Assembly (NCBI GenBank): GCA_963740355.1
Contig: CAVUDW010000002.1
Location: 192,001 to 256,000 of the forward strand
Length of the DNA stretch: 64,000 bases
Direction: 5' to 3'
Origin: an uncultured Gemmatimonadaceae bacterium
GTDB taxonomy: Bacteria; Gemmatimonadota; Gemmatimonadetes; Gemmatimonadales; Gemmatimonadaceae
Shown: positions 16,973-27,853 of the stretch, piece by piece
How positions within the stretch are numbered: position 1 is the first letter of the stretch
How the letters are laid out: each line of letters opens with the position of its first letter
Notes under the pieces: generated by a model
What the model was told of the DNA's origin: nothing
Database searches by the model: none
What the model saw: the letters and a program-made list of their open reading frames with translations, nothing else
Made by a program: the position numbers and the translations under genes

Positions 16973-19324
16973 ATGCTGCTGCCGACCATCCGTTTCCGCC
17001 TGATGCCTGCGCGATCCACCGCGCTGCTCGGCTTTGCACTCCTTGCCTGTCGCCCGCAGGGCGGTGGGACCGTCGAAGGCTCCGAAGGCGCACGCATTCG
17101 GTCCACGCCTGCCACCTTGCCCGTGGCCATGGCTGAACCGGCGCCGCCAGTCGATGCGCCGCCATCCACGGGCGACACCGTCGAATATTCGGTGATGATG
17201 TCCGGACGAACCGCGGGCCGACTGCGGCAGTGGCCCGACAGTGGTGGCACCGTCACCACGAACTACAGCTATAACGATCGCGGACGCGGCCCCTCGCTGA
17301 CCCAGACGTTGAAGGTCGACAAGGCCGGTTTGCCCGTCGGCATGATGCTCGCCGGAACCACCTACCTGAAGGCCCTCATCCGCGAGCAGGTCGCCATCGC
17401 TGGGCCGCTGCTCACCTGGCGCAACGAAAACGCCGCCGGACGCACCATTCCGGGGAGCGGCTACTACCTGCCGCTCGAGACCCTGCCGTCCGACATCGCG
17501 GCGCTCACCAGGGCGCTGCTGCTCACCAAGACCAAGTCGCTCAGCATCCTGCCCGAAGGCACGGTGACGCTTTCGACCGGCGAGACGCGCACCGTCACCG
17601 CCGGCGGTCGCACCATGCGGGTGACACAGTACCAGATCCACGGCCTCGGCCTGACGCCTGAACCAGTCTGGCTCGATAGCGATGGTCGCCTCTTCGCGAG
17701 CGGCAATTCGTGGATGATGGTCATCCGCCGAGGCTTCGAGTCTGCGCAGCCGGAGATCGTGAATGGGCAGCTCGTCGCATCGCGTGCGCGCGACTCCGTC
17801 TCGGCACGTCGGTTGTCGCGAAAGCCAACGCGAGCGGTGGCCATCATTCACGCCAATCTGTTCGACGCCGCCAGCAAGCAGATGAAGCCGTCGCAAACGG
17901 TGATCGTGCGCGGCGAGCGCATCGAGGCCGTCGGTGACGATGGCTCGGTGTCGTTGCCGGCGGATGTGGAGATCATCGATGCCGGAGGCAAGGCGCTGCT
18001 CCCCGGCTTGTGGGACATGCATGTGCATGTGCAGGATGACGATGGCTTGCTGCATCTCGCCGCCGGTGTGACCACGGTGCGCGACCTGGCCAACGACACC
18101 GATGAACTCACGGCACGCAAGGCACGCTTCAATGGCGGCACCTTGCTTGGTCCGCGTGTGATCACGGCCGGCTTCATCGATGGTCCCGGCCCGTTTGCTG
18201 GTCCGTCGAAAGTGCTCGTCTCGACGCGTGATGCCGCACGCGCGGCAGTCGAAGCCTACGCCAATCAGGGCTACGAGCAGGTGAAGGTCTACTCGTCTCT
18301 CGATCCGCAGCTCTTCCCGACCATCGTGCGCACGGCGCACGCGCGTGGTTTACGCGTGAGTGGTCATGTGCCGTACGGCATGACGGCGGAGCAGATGGTG
18401 CGAGCCGGCGCCGACGAATTACAGCACGCGAACTTCCTCTTCCTCAATTTCCTCGCCGACTCCAACATCGACACGCGCACACCGGCGCGTTTCACGTCAG
18501 TTGCGAAGCTGGCCGGTTCGGTCGACTTGCGCGGCGACAAGGTCGCGCGATTCATCGCACTGTTGAAGGAACGCGACATCGTCGTCGACCCGACGCTGAA
18601 CGTCTTCGAGCAGATGTTCACGGCCAAGTCGGGCACACTCGACATGGGTTCACTGCCGGTCGCGACGCGCCTGCCACCGATTGCACGTCGTGGATTGCTG
18701 GCGGGTGGCCTGCCGTTCACTGCCGCGCAGGAGCCGGTCTATCGCACCAGCTTCATCGCGATGGAGCGCATGGTGAAGAAGTTGAACGAGGCGGGTGTTC
18801 GCCTCGTGGCAGGCACCGACGCTGCCGCCGGTTTCTCCTTGCATCGTGAACTCGAGCTCTACTCGGAAGCCGGCCTGCCGAATACCGACATCCTTTACAT
18901 CGCCACACTCGGCGCCGCCCGCGTGATGAAGCACGATGCCGATTGGGGCAGCATCGAGGCCGGCAAGCTGGCCGACCTGGTGCTGGTGGATGGCGATCCG
19001 TCACGTCGCATGCGCGACATTCGCCGCGCCGAACTGGTGATGAAGGGCGGTGTGATGTACGTGCCCGATTCGCTCTACGCGTCAGTCGGCGTGAAGCCAG
19101 CGCCAAGGAAGGGCGCGATCCCGACGCGCGAAGTGCGCGCCGAGGATGTGGTGTGTCGCGGGCCGGCCGTTGCGGTGAAGAAAGGCAGCACGGGGCCGGT
19201 GCCGCTCAATTGTGCGGTGGTCGATTCGAGCACGGCAGCGGGGCGGAATCGTCGGCCAGCCGCGCGATCGACCACGCGTACACGCCGCGCGACCACACCA
19301 GCGAAACCGAAACCAAAGCCCTGA
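16973..19324 (+). CDS. Exported (probable lipoprotein) amidohydrolase-family protein
   Basis: LLGFALLAC lipobox-like; PGLWDMHVH, GVTTVRD, AGTD, GKLADLVLV; basic C-terminal tail. Start is uncertain (16973 or 17003). Confidence 0.85.
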   Translation: MLLPTIRFRLMPARSTALLGFALLACRPQGGGTVEGSEGARIRSTPATLPVAMAEPAPPVDAPPSTGDTVEYSVMMSGRTAGRLRQWPDSGGTVTTNYSYNDRGRGPSLTQTLKVDKAGLPVGMMLAGTTYLKALIREQVAIAGPLLTWRNENAAGRTIPGSGYYLPLETLPSDIAALTRALLLTKTKSLSILPEGTVTLSTGETRTVTAGGRTMRVTQYQIHGLGLTPEPVWLDSDGRLFASGNSWMMVIRRGFESAQPEIVNGQLVASRARDSVSARRLSRKPTRAVAIIHANLFDAASKQMKPSQTVIVRGERIEAVGDDGSVSLPADVEIIDAGGKALLPGLWDMHVHVQDDDGLLHLAAGVTTVRDLANDTDELTARKARFNGGTLLGPRVITAGFIDGPGPFAGPSKVLVSTRDAARAAVEAYANQGYEQVKVYSSLDPQLFPTIVRTAHARGLRVSGHVPYGMTAEQMVRAGADELQHANFLFLNFLADSNIDTRTPARFTSVAKLAGSVDLRGDKVARFIALLKERDIVVDPTLNVFEQMFTAKSGTLDMGSLPVATRLPPIARRGLLAGGLPFTAAQEPVYRTSFIAMERMVKKLNEAGVRLVAGTDAAAGFSLHRELELYSEAGLPNTDILYIATLGAARVMKHDADWGSIEAGKLADLVLVDGDPSRRMRDIRRAELVMKGGVMYVPDSLYASVGVKPAPRKGAIPTREVRAEDVVCRGPAVAVKKGSTGPVPLNCAVVDSSTAAGRNRRPAARSTTRTRRATTPAKPKPKP

Positions 19325-19342
19325 TCGCCGAACGACGAGGAG

Positions 19343-20815
<1,473 letters not shown>

Positions 20816-20891
20816 GCAGGTCAGCTTCGAGAAGGTAGGCGACGAGCCGTGCCGAGCCTCGTGGGGCAGGCGCTTCGGGCACCAGATCGCC

Positions 20892-20950
20892 GGGCCAATG
20901 CACACCCAGTGCACCACCCAGTGCAGCAGCCACTGCACTAGCCAGTGCAC
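20892..20950. repeat. 12-bp tandem repeat (4-5 copies) upstream of the sigma54 regulator
   Basis: CACCCAGTGCAC, CACCCAGTGCAG, CAGCCACTGCAC, TAGCCAGTGCAC at 20903-20950, plus a degenerate copy at 20892. Confidence 0.75.
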
Positions 20951-20968
20951 AAATGTTCACGCCGGCGT

Positions 20969-20996
20969 TCAAGCGGCAAAACGTTCCGTCCGATAC
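20969..20996 (+). promoter_or_regulatory. Putative sigma28 promoter of flgL-fliW
   Basis: TCAAG-N15-TCCGATAC. Confidence 0.5.
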
Positions 20997-21095
20997 CTCA
21001 CAAGAGTAGAACCGCGATTCGCGGGTGCAAGGCACGGTGGGCAGGAGATTTCCCGCCGGCCGTTGGAAAGTTCTCATCCTCAGGGGGCGAGGTAG

Positions 21096-21989
21096 ATGCG
21101 GGTCACCACCTCACAGGCGCAGCGATCGCAGCTGGACTACATCCAGGGCAATCTCCAGCGCCTGGTGAAGGCGCAGGATCAGGCGGCCACGGGCAAGCGG
21201 TTCCAGCGCGGCTCGGAGGATCCGGCCGCGACGGCTGACGTGCTCCGGGCGGACGGGACACTGGCCGCCTACACGCAGTATGCCCGTAATGGCGACCTCG
21301 CGATCTCGCGGGCCAGCGAGGAGGACCGTGTCCTCGGCAACCTGCAGTTGATCACCGAGCGGGCCCGCGAACTGGCCTCGGCGCAGATCGGCTCCAACTC
21401 GGATGCCAGCACGCGCCTCATCGCGAAGGCCGAAATCGACCAGCTGATCGAGTCGGCGGTCGGGTTGGGCAACACGCGGTTCAACAACGGCTACCTCTTT
21501 GGCGCCTCGCGCTCCACCGAGGAGCCGATGGCGAATACGCCAAACTCCACGCCGCCCTACGCGACGAATGCGGCGGCACTGACCAATCCCTCGTTCGAGA
21601 TCCAGTCCGGTGTGGTCACCACGCCGAACCACAACGCGCACGAAATCTTCATCGACAGCAACACCATGGTGGCGCTGCGCGATCTCTCGACTGCCCTCGG
21701 CGCCAACAACGTGGCTGGCATCCAGGCCGCCATGCCGGCGCTCGCCACCGCCAGCGACAATCTGGGACAGTTGCTCGGCGAGACGGGCGCCCGGGTGAAC
21801 CAGTACGAAACCATCAAGTCGCAGATGCTCTCGGCGACGGTCGACACCAAGTCGCGCCGGTCGATGCTCTACGACATCGACCTGACCGACGCCGCCGCGA
21901 ACTTCGCGCAGGCGCAATCCGCCTATCAGGCCGCCCTCTCGGCGGCCAACAAGGTGCTCAACCTCAACGTGCTGGATTACCTGCGATGA
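21096..21989 (+). CDS. flgL: Hook-associated protein 3, FlgL
   Basis: MRVT...ATGKRFQRGSEDPA, NTRFNNGYLFG, GARVN, YQAAL...LNVLDYLR. Confidence 0.92.
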   Translation: MRVTTSQAQRSQLDYIQGNLQRLVKAQDQAATGKRFQRGSEDPAATADVLRADGTLAAYTQYARNGDLAISRASEEDRVLGNLQLITERARELASAQIGSNSDASTRLIAKAEIDQLIESAVGLGNTRFNNGYLFGASRSTEEPMANTPNSTPPYATNAAALTNPSFEIQSGVVTTPNHNAHEIFIDSNTMVALRDLSTALGANNVAGIQAAMPALATASDNLGQLLGETGARVNQYETIKSQMLSATVDTKSRRSMLYDIDLTDAAANFAQAQSAYQAALSAANKVLNLNVLDYLR

Positions 21990-22438
21990 GCACTGTGCTG
22001 GCTCCCGTCGACCTGGTGCACCTGTCGTCGGTGCTGCTGGGCCCTCTCGAAATTCGTCCCGAGACGATCATCACGTTCCCCGCAGGAATCCCGGGCTTCG
22101 TTACGCTGCGCAACTTCGCGCTGGTGGATACGGAGCGCGACGACCTGGTCTGGATGCAGAGCGTCGACGATCCCGAGCTGACGTTCCTGCTCGCCGATCC
22201 GTTCACCATCGTCCCTGGCTTCGAAGTGGACATTCCATCGCCTGACCTGGCGGCGATCGGTGCCACGGGCGCCCAGGATGCGCTGCTGGTACTGGCCGTG
22301 GTACAACTCGAAGGCGGATTCCCGGTCGCCGCCAACCTGCAGAGCCCGATCATCATCGACCGCGAGCGACGTCAGGGGCGGCAGATCGTGCTGCCGGATT
22401 CACGCTACGGCATGCACCACCCGATTTCGATCAGCTGA
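21986..22438 (+). CDS. fliW: Flagellar assembly factor / CsrA antagonist FliW
   Basis: ITFPAGIPGF, WMQSVDDPELTF, ANLQSPIII, GRQIVL. Confidence 0.93.
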   Translation: MSTVLAPVDLVHLSSVLLGPLEIRPETIITFPAGIPGFVTLRNFALVDTERDDLVWMQSVDDPELTFLLADPFTIVPGFEVDIPSPDLAAIGATGAQDALLVLAVVQLEGGFPVAANLQSPIIIDRERRQGRQIVLPDSRYGMHHPISIS

Positions 22439-22468
22439 GCGACACGGCAAAGAAGGAAGACGACAAGA

Positions 22469-22505
22469 AAATGGCCCGCACCTGAGATCAGGGTGCGGGC
22501 CATTT
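22469..22505. terminator. Bidirectional intrinsic terminator between the convergent fliW and glycosyltransferase genes
   Basis: 14-bp stem AAATGGCCCGCACC / GGTGCGGGCCATTT with A/T flanks. Confidence 0.8.
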
Positions 22506-22580
22506 GTTTCTGTGAGCCGTCGTGTCGCCGTGTCGTCGCCGTCGTCTCGAGGCCGACGACGACTCGCGTGATGGCAGCGC

Positions 22581-24005
22581 TCAGGCGACTTCAGCTGCGC
22601 TCAGCGCCGCGCTCACGTTCGTCACGACGCGCGCCCAGTCGCCGCGCGACGGCTGACGGAACAGTCGCGCTCGCGGATACCAGGGCGTGGTGTTGCCGGC
22701 GGTGCCCCAGCGCCAGTCGGGCACATGTGGAATGAGAATCCAGACCGGCACACCAAGGGCGCCAGCGAGATGCGCGATGCCGGTATCGACGGTGATCAAC
22801 AGGTCGAGCGTGCAGAGTTGTCGAGCCGTCGCCAGCCAATCGCCAGGCTCGGGTCGTTCCCACGTTGCCGATGGGATGTCCTGCTCGCTGGCGCCATGTT
22901 GCAGGCAGACGAATTGCAGGTTGGGATGTGTGTGTCGCAGTCCTTGAAGCACCGTGGCCGGAATCGAACGCACCGCGTCATTCCGATGCGCGGGATTGCC
23001 TGCCCAGACCATTCCCACGCGACGCATCTGATGCGGGATTTGCGGCTTTGCGTCTGGTAGCCGGAGGTACGCATCCCCGCCACCACGCCACTCGGCGCCG
23101 ACGCCAAGCACCACCGGCAGGGAGAGCAGTGGCACATAGAAATCAGTGTCGACGATGGTCTCACGATCGACCGCGTCGAAACCCGCGGCGCGCAACAGCC
23201 CAACGGCGTCCGCCTGGCACGCCACAACGACTCGCTCCGCCGCCTGTACGAGCGGATGCAACACGAATCGCAGGAACTGGAACTGATCACCAACACCCTG
23301 TTCACCGATCACCACCAGTGACCGACCGCGCAACGGTTCGCCGCGCCAGATTCGCGCCGATGTCCCCGGTTCCGGGAGCGCACGCGCCTCGAAGTCACGC
23401 CACCCCGCACGCGTGTCGCCAAGCAGGTGCCGCAGGTAGCCTCGAGTGACACGAGCGCCTGACGAGTCCGGCCGCACCTTCAGGCTCCGCTCGCACCAGG
23501 CGAGCGCGCCGGTGTAGTCGGACAGGTCGTGTCGAATGAGCGACGCCGTGAGCAGGAGCACTGGATCGTCCGGGGCCAGCTCCAGCGCCGCCTCGATCTC
23601 GGTCCACGCCGCATCGGGCTGTTGCGCATCGCGCAGCGCGGCGGCCAGTGCGCCTGCCGCTGCCGCATCGTTCGGTGATTCGGCGCGCACGCGTCGAAAG
23701 CAGGGCACGGCGTCCGCTCCAGCCCCGGCATCCACCAGTGCCTTGCCGAGCATGAACTCGGCGGCCACGTCGGGGCGATAGGCCAGTCGTACGGCGCGCC
23801 GCAGCGCCGCGCGGGCGCCGATGATGTCGCCGCTCAGATGCAATGCGTTCGACAGAATGACATGCAGCGCCAGCAATGACGGTGCGAGTTCAACCGCGCG
23901 GCGGTAGTACTCGATTGCGCCGGCGCTGTCGCCGGCATCCGCCAGCACGGCCCCTTCCGCGCAGAGCGTGATGGCGGCCGTCTCGCCCGAGAAGGTGGTG
24001 GTCAT
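22581..24005 (-). CDS. TPR + GT-B (GT9-like) glycosyltransferase, FlmG-like
   Basis: TPR helices, then W.GEPL.G...GEQGVGDQFQF, VGMVWAGNP.H.ND, ITVDTGIAHLAGALG, DWRW, TPWYP; ATG overlaps the upstream stop. Confidence 0.85.
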   Translation of the reverse strand: MTTTFSGETAAITLCAEGAVLADAGDSAGAIEYYRRAVELAPSLLALHVILSNALHLSGDIIGARAALRRAVRLAYRPDVAAEFMLGKALVDAGAGADAVPCFRRVRAESPNDAAAAGALAAALRDAQQPDAAWTEIEAALELAPDDPVLLLTASLIRHDLSDYTGALAWCERSLKVRPDSSGARVTRGYLRHLLGDTRAGWRDFEARALPEPGTSARIWRGEPLRGRSLVVIGEQGVGDQFQFLRFVLHPLVQAAERVVVACQADAVGLLRAAGFDAVDRETIVDTDFYVPLLSLPVVLGVGAEWRGGGDAYLRLPDAKPQIPHQMRRVGMVWAGNPAHRNDAVRSIPATVLQGLRHTHPNLQFVCLQHGASEQDIPSATWERPEPGDWLATARQLCTLDLLITVDTGIAHLAGALGVPVWILIPHVPDWRWGTAGNTTPWYPRARLFRQPSRGDWARVVTNVSAALSAAEVA

Positions 24006-25303
24006 GTCGACGCCCGGCTGCGTGACTCGATGCGTGTTGCCACCTGCTGCATCACGGACTCCCACTCGAAGAGCGTGGATTGGCGGATCAGTTGCACCGA
24101 GGTGTACCACGGTGTGTCGGTGCGGTTGGTCATCCAGCGCCAGTCCGGCACGAATGGCACCAGCAGCAACGTCGGCACACCCAACGCGCCTGCCAGGTGC
24201 GCCACCGCCGTGTCGACGGTCACGAGGAGGTCGAGCTGCGTCAGCGCGTGCGCCGTGTCGTTGAACGTGTGGAGTGCGGTGCCGAGGTCACCTACCTGAT
24301 CGCGCAGTGGCTCCGCAACCAACTGCTTCGTTTCGCGACGTTGCAGTGACACGAAATCGACATCTGCGTCGCGTACGATCGGTACCAGCAACGTTGGCGG
24401 CAGCGAGCGGCGAGCATCATTGCGGTGTTGCGGATTCCCAGCCCACACGAGTCCTACGCGCGGTCGCGTGGAGAAAGCGTCGCGGTGCAGTGCCGCAGGA
24501 CATTCCCCCACCGGATGCAGGTATGGAGCACCGCTCACGTCCCCGGGCGATGAGAGGTGCAGCAACGCTGGCAGCGACATCAGGCTCGCGTGAACATCGT
24601 GTGGCGGTACCTCGGTCCCCTCGACGCTGATCGACTCGACTCCCTCGAGCGACGAGAACAGGATCTCGAGCGCGGGGCTGCAGCGAATGGTGACCCGACC
24701 GCCACGGCGTGCAACATCGGCCGCGAAACGAGCGAACATGATCTGGTCGCCGAGCCCCTGTTCATGATCGAGCAGGATACGACGGCCTTCGAGCGGCGAG
24801 CCGTCCCAGACCGGCGAGTGCAGTGGCGTGCGGCGCAGCGGCAGGTCGGCCACCAGCGCGCGCTGTTCGTGCTCCTGCCAGCCCTCGGCCCATTGGCCGA
24901 GCATCAGCAGGTGGAGTGCGCGCGCAAAGCGAATCGCCGAGGAATCAGGCGATAGCGCGAGTGCCGCATCGTACGTGGCGGACACGGTCTGCCAGTCGCC
25001 GAAATCCTTGAGGATTTCCGCCGAGTTGAGCAACGCTGACACATTGGCTGGATCGAGCTCGATCGCTCGTGACGCCGCTTGCAAGGCCGGCATCGGATGG
25101 CCGGTAGCCTGCAGCATGGCAGCGAGGTTGCTGAATGCATCGCTGCGTTGCGGATACTGCAGCGTCAGTGCATGAAAGGCGTGCAGCGCCTCGGTGTATG
25201 CGCCGCGTCGGCGCAAGGCGTCGGCGCGCGACACCGCCAGATCATAGGTGACGGTGGCCGGTGAGCCGATACGGCGTGCGGGGATCACGTGTGTCGTGCT
25301 CAC
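24002..25303 (-). CDS. TPR + GT-B (GT9-like) glycosyltransferase, FlmG-like
   Basis: HEQGLGDQIMFARF, VGLVWAGNP, VTVDTAVAHLAGALG, PDWRW; GTG start overlaps the upstream stop (GTGA). Confidence 0.85.
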   Translation of the reverse strand: MSTTHVIPARRIGSPATVTYDLAVSRADALRRRGAYTEALHAFHALTLQYPQRSDAFSNLAAMLQATGHPMPALQAASRAIELDPANVSALLNSAEILKDFGDWQTVSATYDAALALSPDSSAIRFARALHLLMLGQWAEGWQEHEQRALVADLPLRRTPLHSPVWDGSPLEGRRILLDHEQGLGDQIMFARFAADVARRGGRVTIRCSPALEILFSSLEGVESISVEGTEVPPHDVHASLMSLPALLHLSSPGDVSGAPYLHPVGECPAALHRDAFSTRPRVGLVWAGNPQHRNDARRSLPPTLLVPIVRDADVDFVSLQRRETKQLVAEPLRDQVGDLGTALHTFNDTAHALTQLDLLVTVDTAVAHLAGALGVPTLLLVPFVPDWRWMTNRTDTPWYTSVQLIRQSTLFEWESVMQQVATRIESRSRAST

Positions 25304-26832
25304 GAGAGCCGGTGCTCGAGCATGCGCTCGATCGCGTGCTCGACAGCGTCCGTCACGCTGCTCCAGTCGCCAGCCTCGCGCTGCCGGAACACCCGTGCGG
25401 TGGGATAGAAGATGCTGTCGCTGCGAGTCCGACCCCAGCGCCATTCCGCCGGTTCAGCGACCATCACCCACACGGGAATGCCCAGTGCGCCCGCGACATG
25501 TGCAACGGCGGTATCCACACTCAGTACCACGTCGCAGCGGGCGATCACGTGTGCCGTGTCACCCATCTCGGCGCACTGCGGCGCGACATCCAGCAATCGT
25601 GCCCGGAGCGCTGGCTCGAGCTGGTCGAGCTGGGCGCGCGCCGGTCCCTGTTGCAACACGACCATCTGCACGTCGTCGCGTGCGATCAGGTGGCGCAATG
25701 CGGCGAGCGGCATGGAACGCGATGCATCATCCGCGTGATGCGGCGTTCCGGCCCAGGCCAGTCCAATGCGCAGCGCAAACGCAGGCTTTGCAGGCAGCCC
25801 CTGCGCCACATCGGGCGCAATCCCTGGTGGGGCGAGGTACGGTACGAGGCCGGTGTGCATGTCGTTGCCACTCCGCAGCAGGTGCGGAAGCGACATCAGG
25901 TCGACGTGCACGTGGTGTGGTGGGGCGGGGAGGTCGGACGCGACGATGGCATCGATGTGTGGTGTCGTCTTCAGCAGGCGCACCAGCGGCGGCGCGGCCT
26001 GCACGATGATGCGAGCGGCACCGTGGGCACGTAGCAGGCACGCCCAGCGGACGAACTGCACCTGATCGCCCAGGCCCTGTTCGGCGCGCACGAGGATGTT
26101 GCGCCCGGCCAGTGAATTCCCATTCCAGCGCGGTGTCGACGGCGGGTGCGGGCGCTGCAGCAGGTCAGGGAGCTCGAGACGTCGCTCATAGAGGGCCCAC
26201 CCATCGTCGTACCGCTCGAAGGTGCGCAGCAGCATGGCGTGTGTGAGTGCGAGGTGCACATCGTGCGGCGCCAGGGCGCGCGCGCGTTGGCAGAGCGCGA
26301 GTGCGTCGTCCACGTGTCCGGCACGAAACAGCAGCAGTGCCTTGGTGTTGGCGATCGAGGGATCGGCCGGATCGAGCTCCGTGCCATGCCGTGCGGCCTC
26401 GAGGCCTTCGTCGAGGCGACCGGCCAGGCGCAGCGATTCCGCTGCATCACGCCAGGCGATGGAATCCCTCGGTCGCAGCAGCGCTGCAGCGAGAAAGGCC
26501 TGTGCCGCCTGCGCGCGATCCCCTGCCATGCGATACGTCTGCGCCAGCTGCGTGAAGCTGTCGGCGCGGGTCTGATCGAGACCGATCGCGCGAATCAGTT
26601 CACGTTGTGCGTCGCCGAGTCGGGCCACGCTGCGCAGTGCGACGCCATGCAGCGCGGCCACATCGGCGTCATTTGGTGCCAATGCGACACCAGCGGCGTA
26701 TCGCTTGAGCGCGATCTCCGTCTTCCCCATCTGGAGCGCGTGTGCGCCGGCGACGCACTCGGCCAGGGCACGATCGCGGCGCGTCGACGGAGTCGGGCGC
26801 AGAGGGGATAGGAGAGGGGGGCGCGGCGGCAT
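25300..26832 (-). CDS. TPR + GT-B (GT9-like) glycosyltransferase, FlmG-like
   Basis: Several TPRs, AEQGLGDQVQF, IGLAWAGTP, SVDTAVAHVAGALG, AEWRW; divergent from fliC. Confidence 0.85.
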   Translation of the reverse strand: MPPRPPLLSPLRPTPSTRRDRALAECVAGAHALQMGKTEIALKRYAAGVALAPNDADVAALHGVALRSVARLGDAQRELIRAIGLDQTRADSFTQLAQTYRMAGDRAQAAQAFLAAALLRPRDSIAWRDAAESLRLAGRLDEGLEAARHGTELDPADPSIANTKALLLFRAGHVDDALALCQRARALAPHDVHLALTHAMLLRTFERYDDGWALYERRLELPDLLQRPHPPSTPRWNGNSLAGRNILVRAEQGLGDQVQFVRWACLLRAHGAARIIVQAAPPLVRLLKTTPHIDAIVASDLPAPPHHVHVDLMSLPHLLRSGNDMHTGLVPYLAPPGIAPDVAQGLPAKPAFALRIGLAWAGTPHHADDASRSMPLAALRHLIARDDVQMVVLQQGPARAQLDQLEPALRARLLDVAPQCAEMGDTAHVIARCDVVLSVDTAVAHVAGALGIPVWVMVAEPAEWRWGRTRSDSIFYPTARVFRQREAGDWSSVTDAVEHAIERMLEHRLS

Positions 26833-26889
26833 GTCCCCCTGAGGATCGGCAGGGAAACAGATGCCGCTGAAGCAGGCCCGGCCATTAGC

Positions 26890-26916
26890 TCAAGTTCAGC
26901 GGGCTCGTGACGAGAC
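26890..26916 (+). promoter_or_regulatory. Putative sigma28 promoter of fliC
   Basis: TCAAG-N14-GACGAGAC; a near-identical variant precedes cheY. Confidence 0.5.
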
Positions 26917-26953
26917 TCGGGGGGGAGCCGGACACCGATTCGCGGTCCCGGGG

Positions 26954-26987
26954 GGAGCACGGAAGCTCCACTAGTCAATCACGGAGG
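26954..26987 (+). promoter_or_regulatory. Two putative CsrA/RsmA sites in the flagellin leader
   Basis: Hairpin GGAGC-ACGGAA-GCTCC with GGA in the loop; a second CACGGAGG overlaps the Shine-Dalgarno. Confidence 0.65.
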
Positions 26988-26996
26988 ATTTGTCCC

Positions 26997-27770
26997 ATGC
27001 GTATTAACACGAACGTTGGCGCGTTGAACTCGGCCAAGAACGCCTTCATCAACACGATGTCGACGGAAAGTTCAATGCGGAAGCTGTCATCTGGTCTTCG
27101 GATCAGCCGCGCAGCTGACGACGCCGCCGGTCTCTCCATCGCCAACAAGCTGCGCGCGCAGAGCCGCTCGCTGACGGTTGCGGCGGCGAACTCGGAGCAG
27201 GGCAACGCGATGCTGCAGATCGCGGAAGGTTCGGCCTCGACGATCCAGAAGATCCTCGAGCGTCAGAAGGAACTGATCATCCAGCGCGAATCGACGGGCA
27301 ACAACAGCTCGGTGACCTCGACGCTGAACACCGAAATCGGCACGTTGAGCGCAGAAGTGGACCGTATCATCTCGTCCACGAACTTCCAGGGCTCGACGGT
27401 CTTCACCAGCCTGGCCTTCCAGGTCTCGGATGGCACGACGGGTGGAACGGTGACGGTGGACGCAACGCTGGCTGCTTCGTCGGTGACGCTGGCCTCGACG
27501 GCCTCGATCTCGACGGTGGACACTGCGCTGACGGCAATCAACAGCGTGCTGGCCAACATCGGTGCCGGTCAGAACCGCCTCGACTACACGGTGCAGAACC
27601 TGAAGTCGGCAGTGGTGAACGTGAAGGCTGCGGAATCGACCATCCGCGATGTGGACATGGCTGAGGAAATGGCCAACTACACCAAGAACAACATCCTCAC
27701 CCAGGCGGCACAGGCCATGCTCGCCCAGGCGAACCAGAGCTCACAGAGCGTCTTGAGCCTCCTGCGCTAA
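26997..27770 (+). CDS. fliC: Flagellin (257 aa, essentially D0/D1 only)
   Basis: MRINTN...KLSSGLRISRAADDAAGLSIA; GAGQNRL; AESTIRDVDMAEE; AQAN...VLSLLR. Confidence 0.97.
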   Translation: MRINTNVGALNSAKNAFINTMSTESSMRKLSSGLRISRAADDAAGLSIANKLRAQSRSLTVAAANSEQGNAMLQIAEGSASTIQKILERQKELIIQRESTGNNSSVTSTLNTEIGTLSAEVDRIISSTNFQGSTVFTSLAFQVSDGTTGGTVTVDATLAASSVTLASTASISTVDTALTAINSVLANIGAGQNRLDYTVQNLKSAVVNVKAAESTIRDVDMAEEMANYTKNNILTQAAQAMLAQANQSSQSVLSLLR

Positions 27771-27798
27771 TCCTGAGCGACACGTAGCATGACGCTGT

Positions 27799-27829
27799 CC
27801 GGCCGTGGTGCAGGCATGACCACGGCCGG
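27799..27829 (+). terminator. Stem-loop after fliC (terminator or 3' mRNA stabiliser)
   Basis: 11-bp stem CCGGCCGTGGT / ACCACGGCCGG; no U-tract. Confidence 0.5.
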
Positions 27830-27853
27830 CCAGCGCACCTGGAGTAACCCAAC

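Noticed and set aside
20816..20950. Trp/His-rich N-terminal extension of the sigma54 regulator (MHWLVQWLLHW...)
   Set aside because: It is just the translation of the 12-bp DNA repeat; the receiver domain starts at MATILYVDDE (20815).
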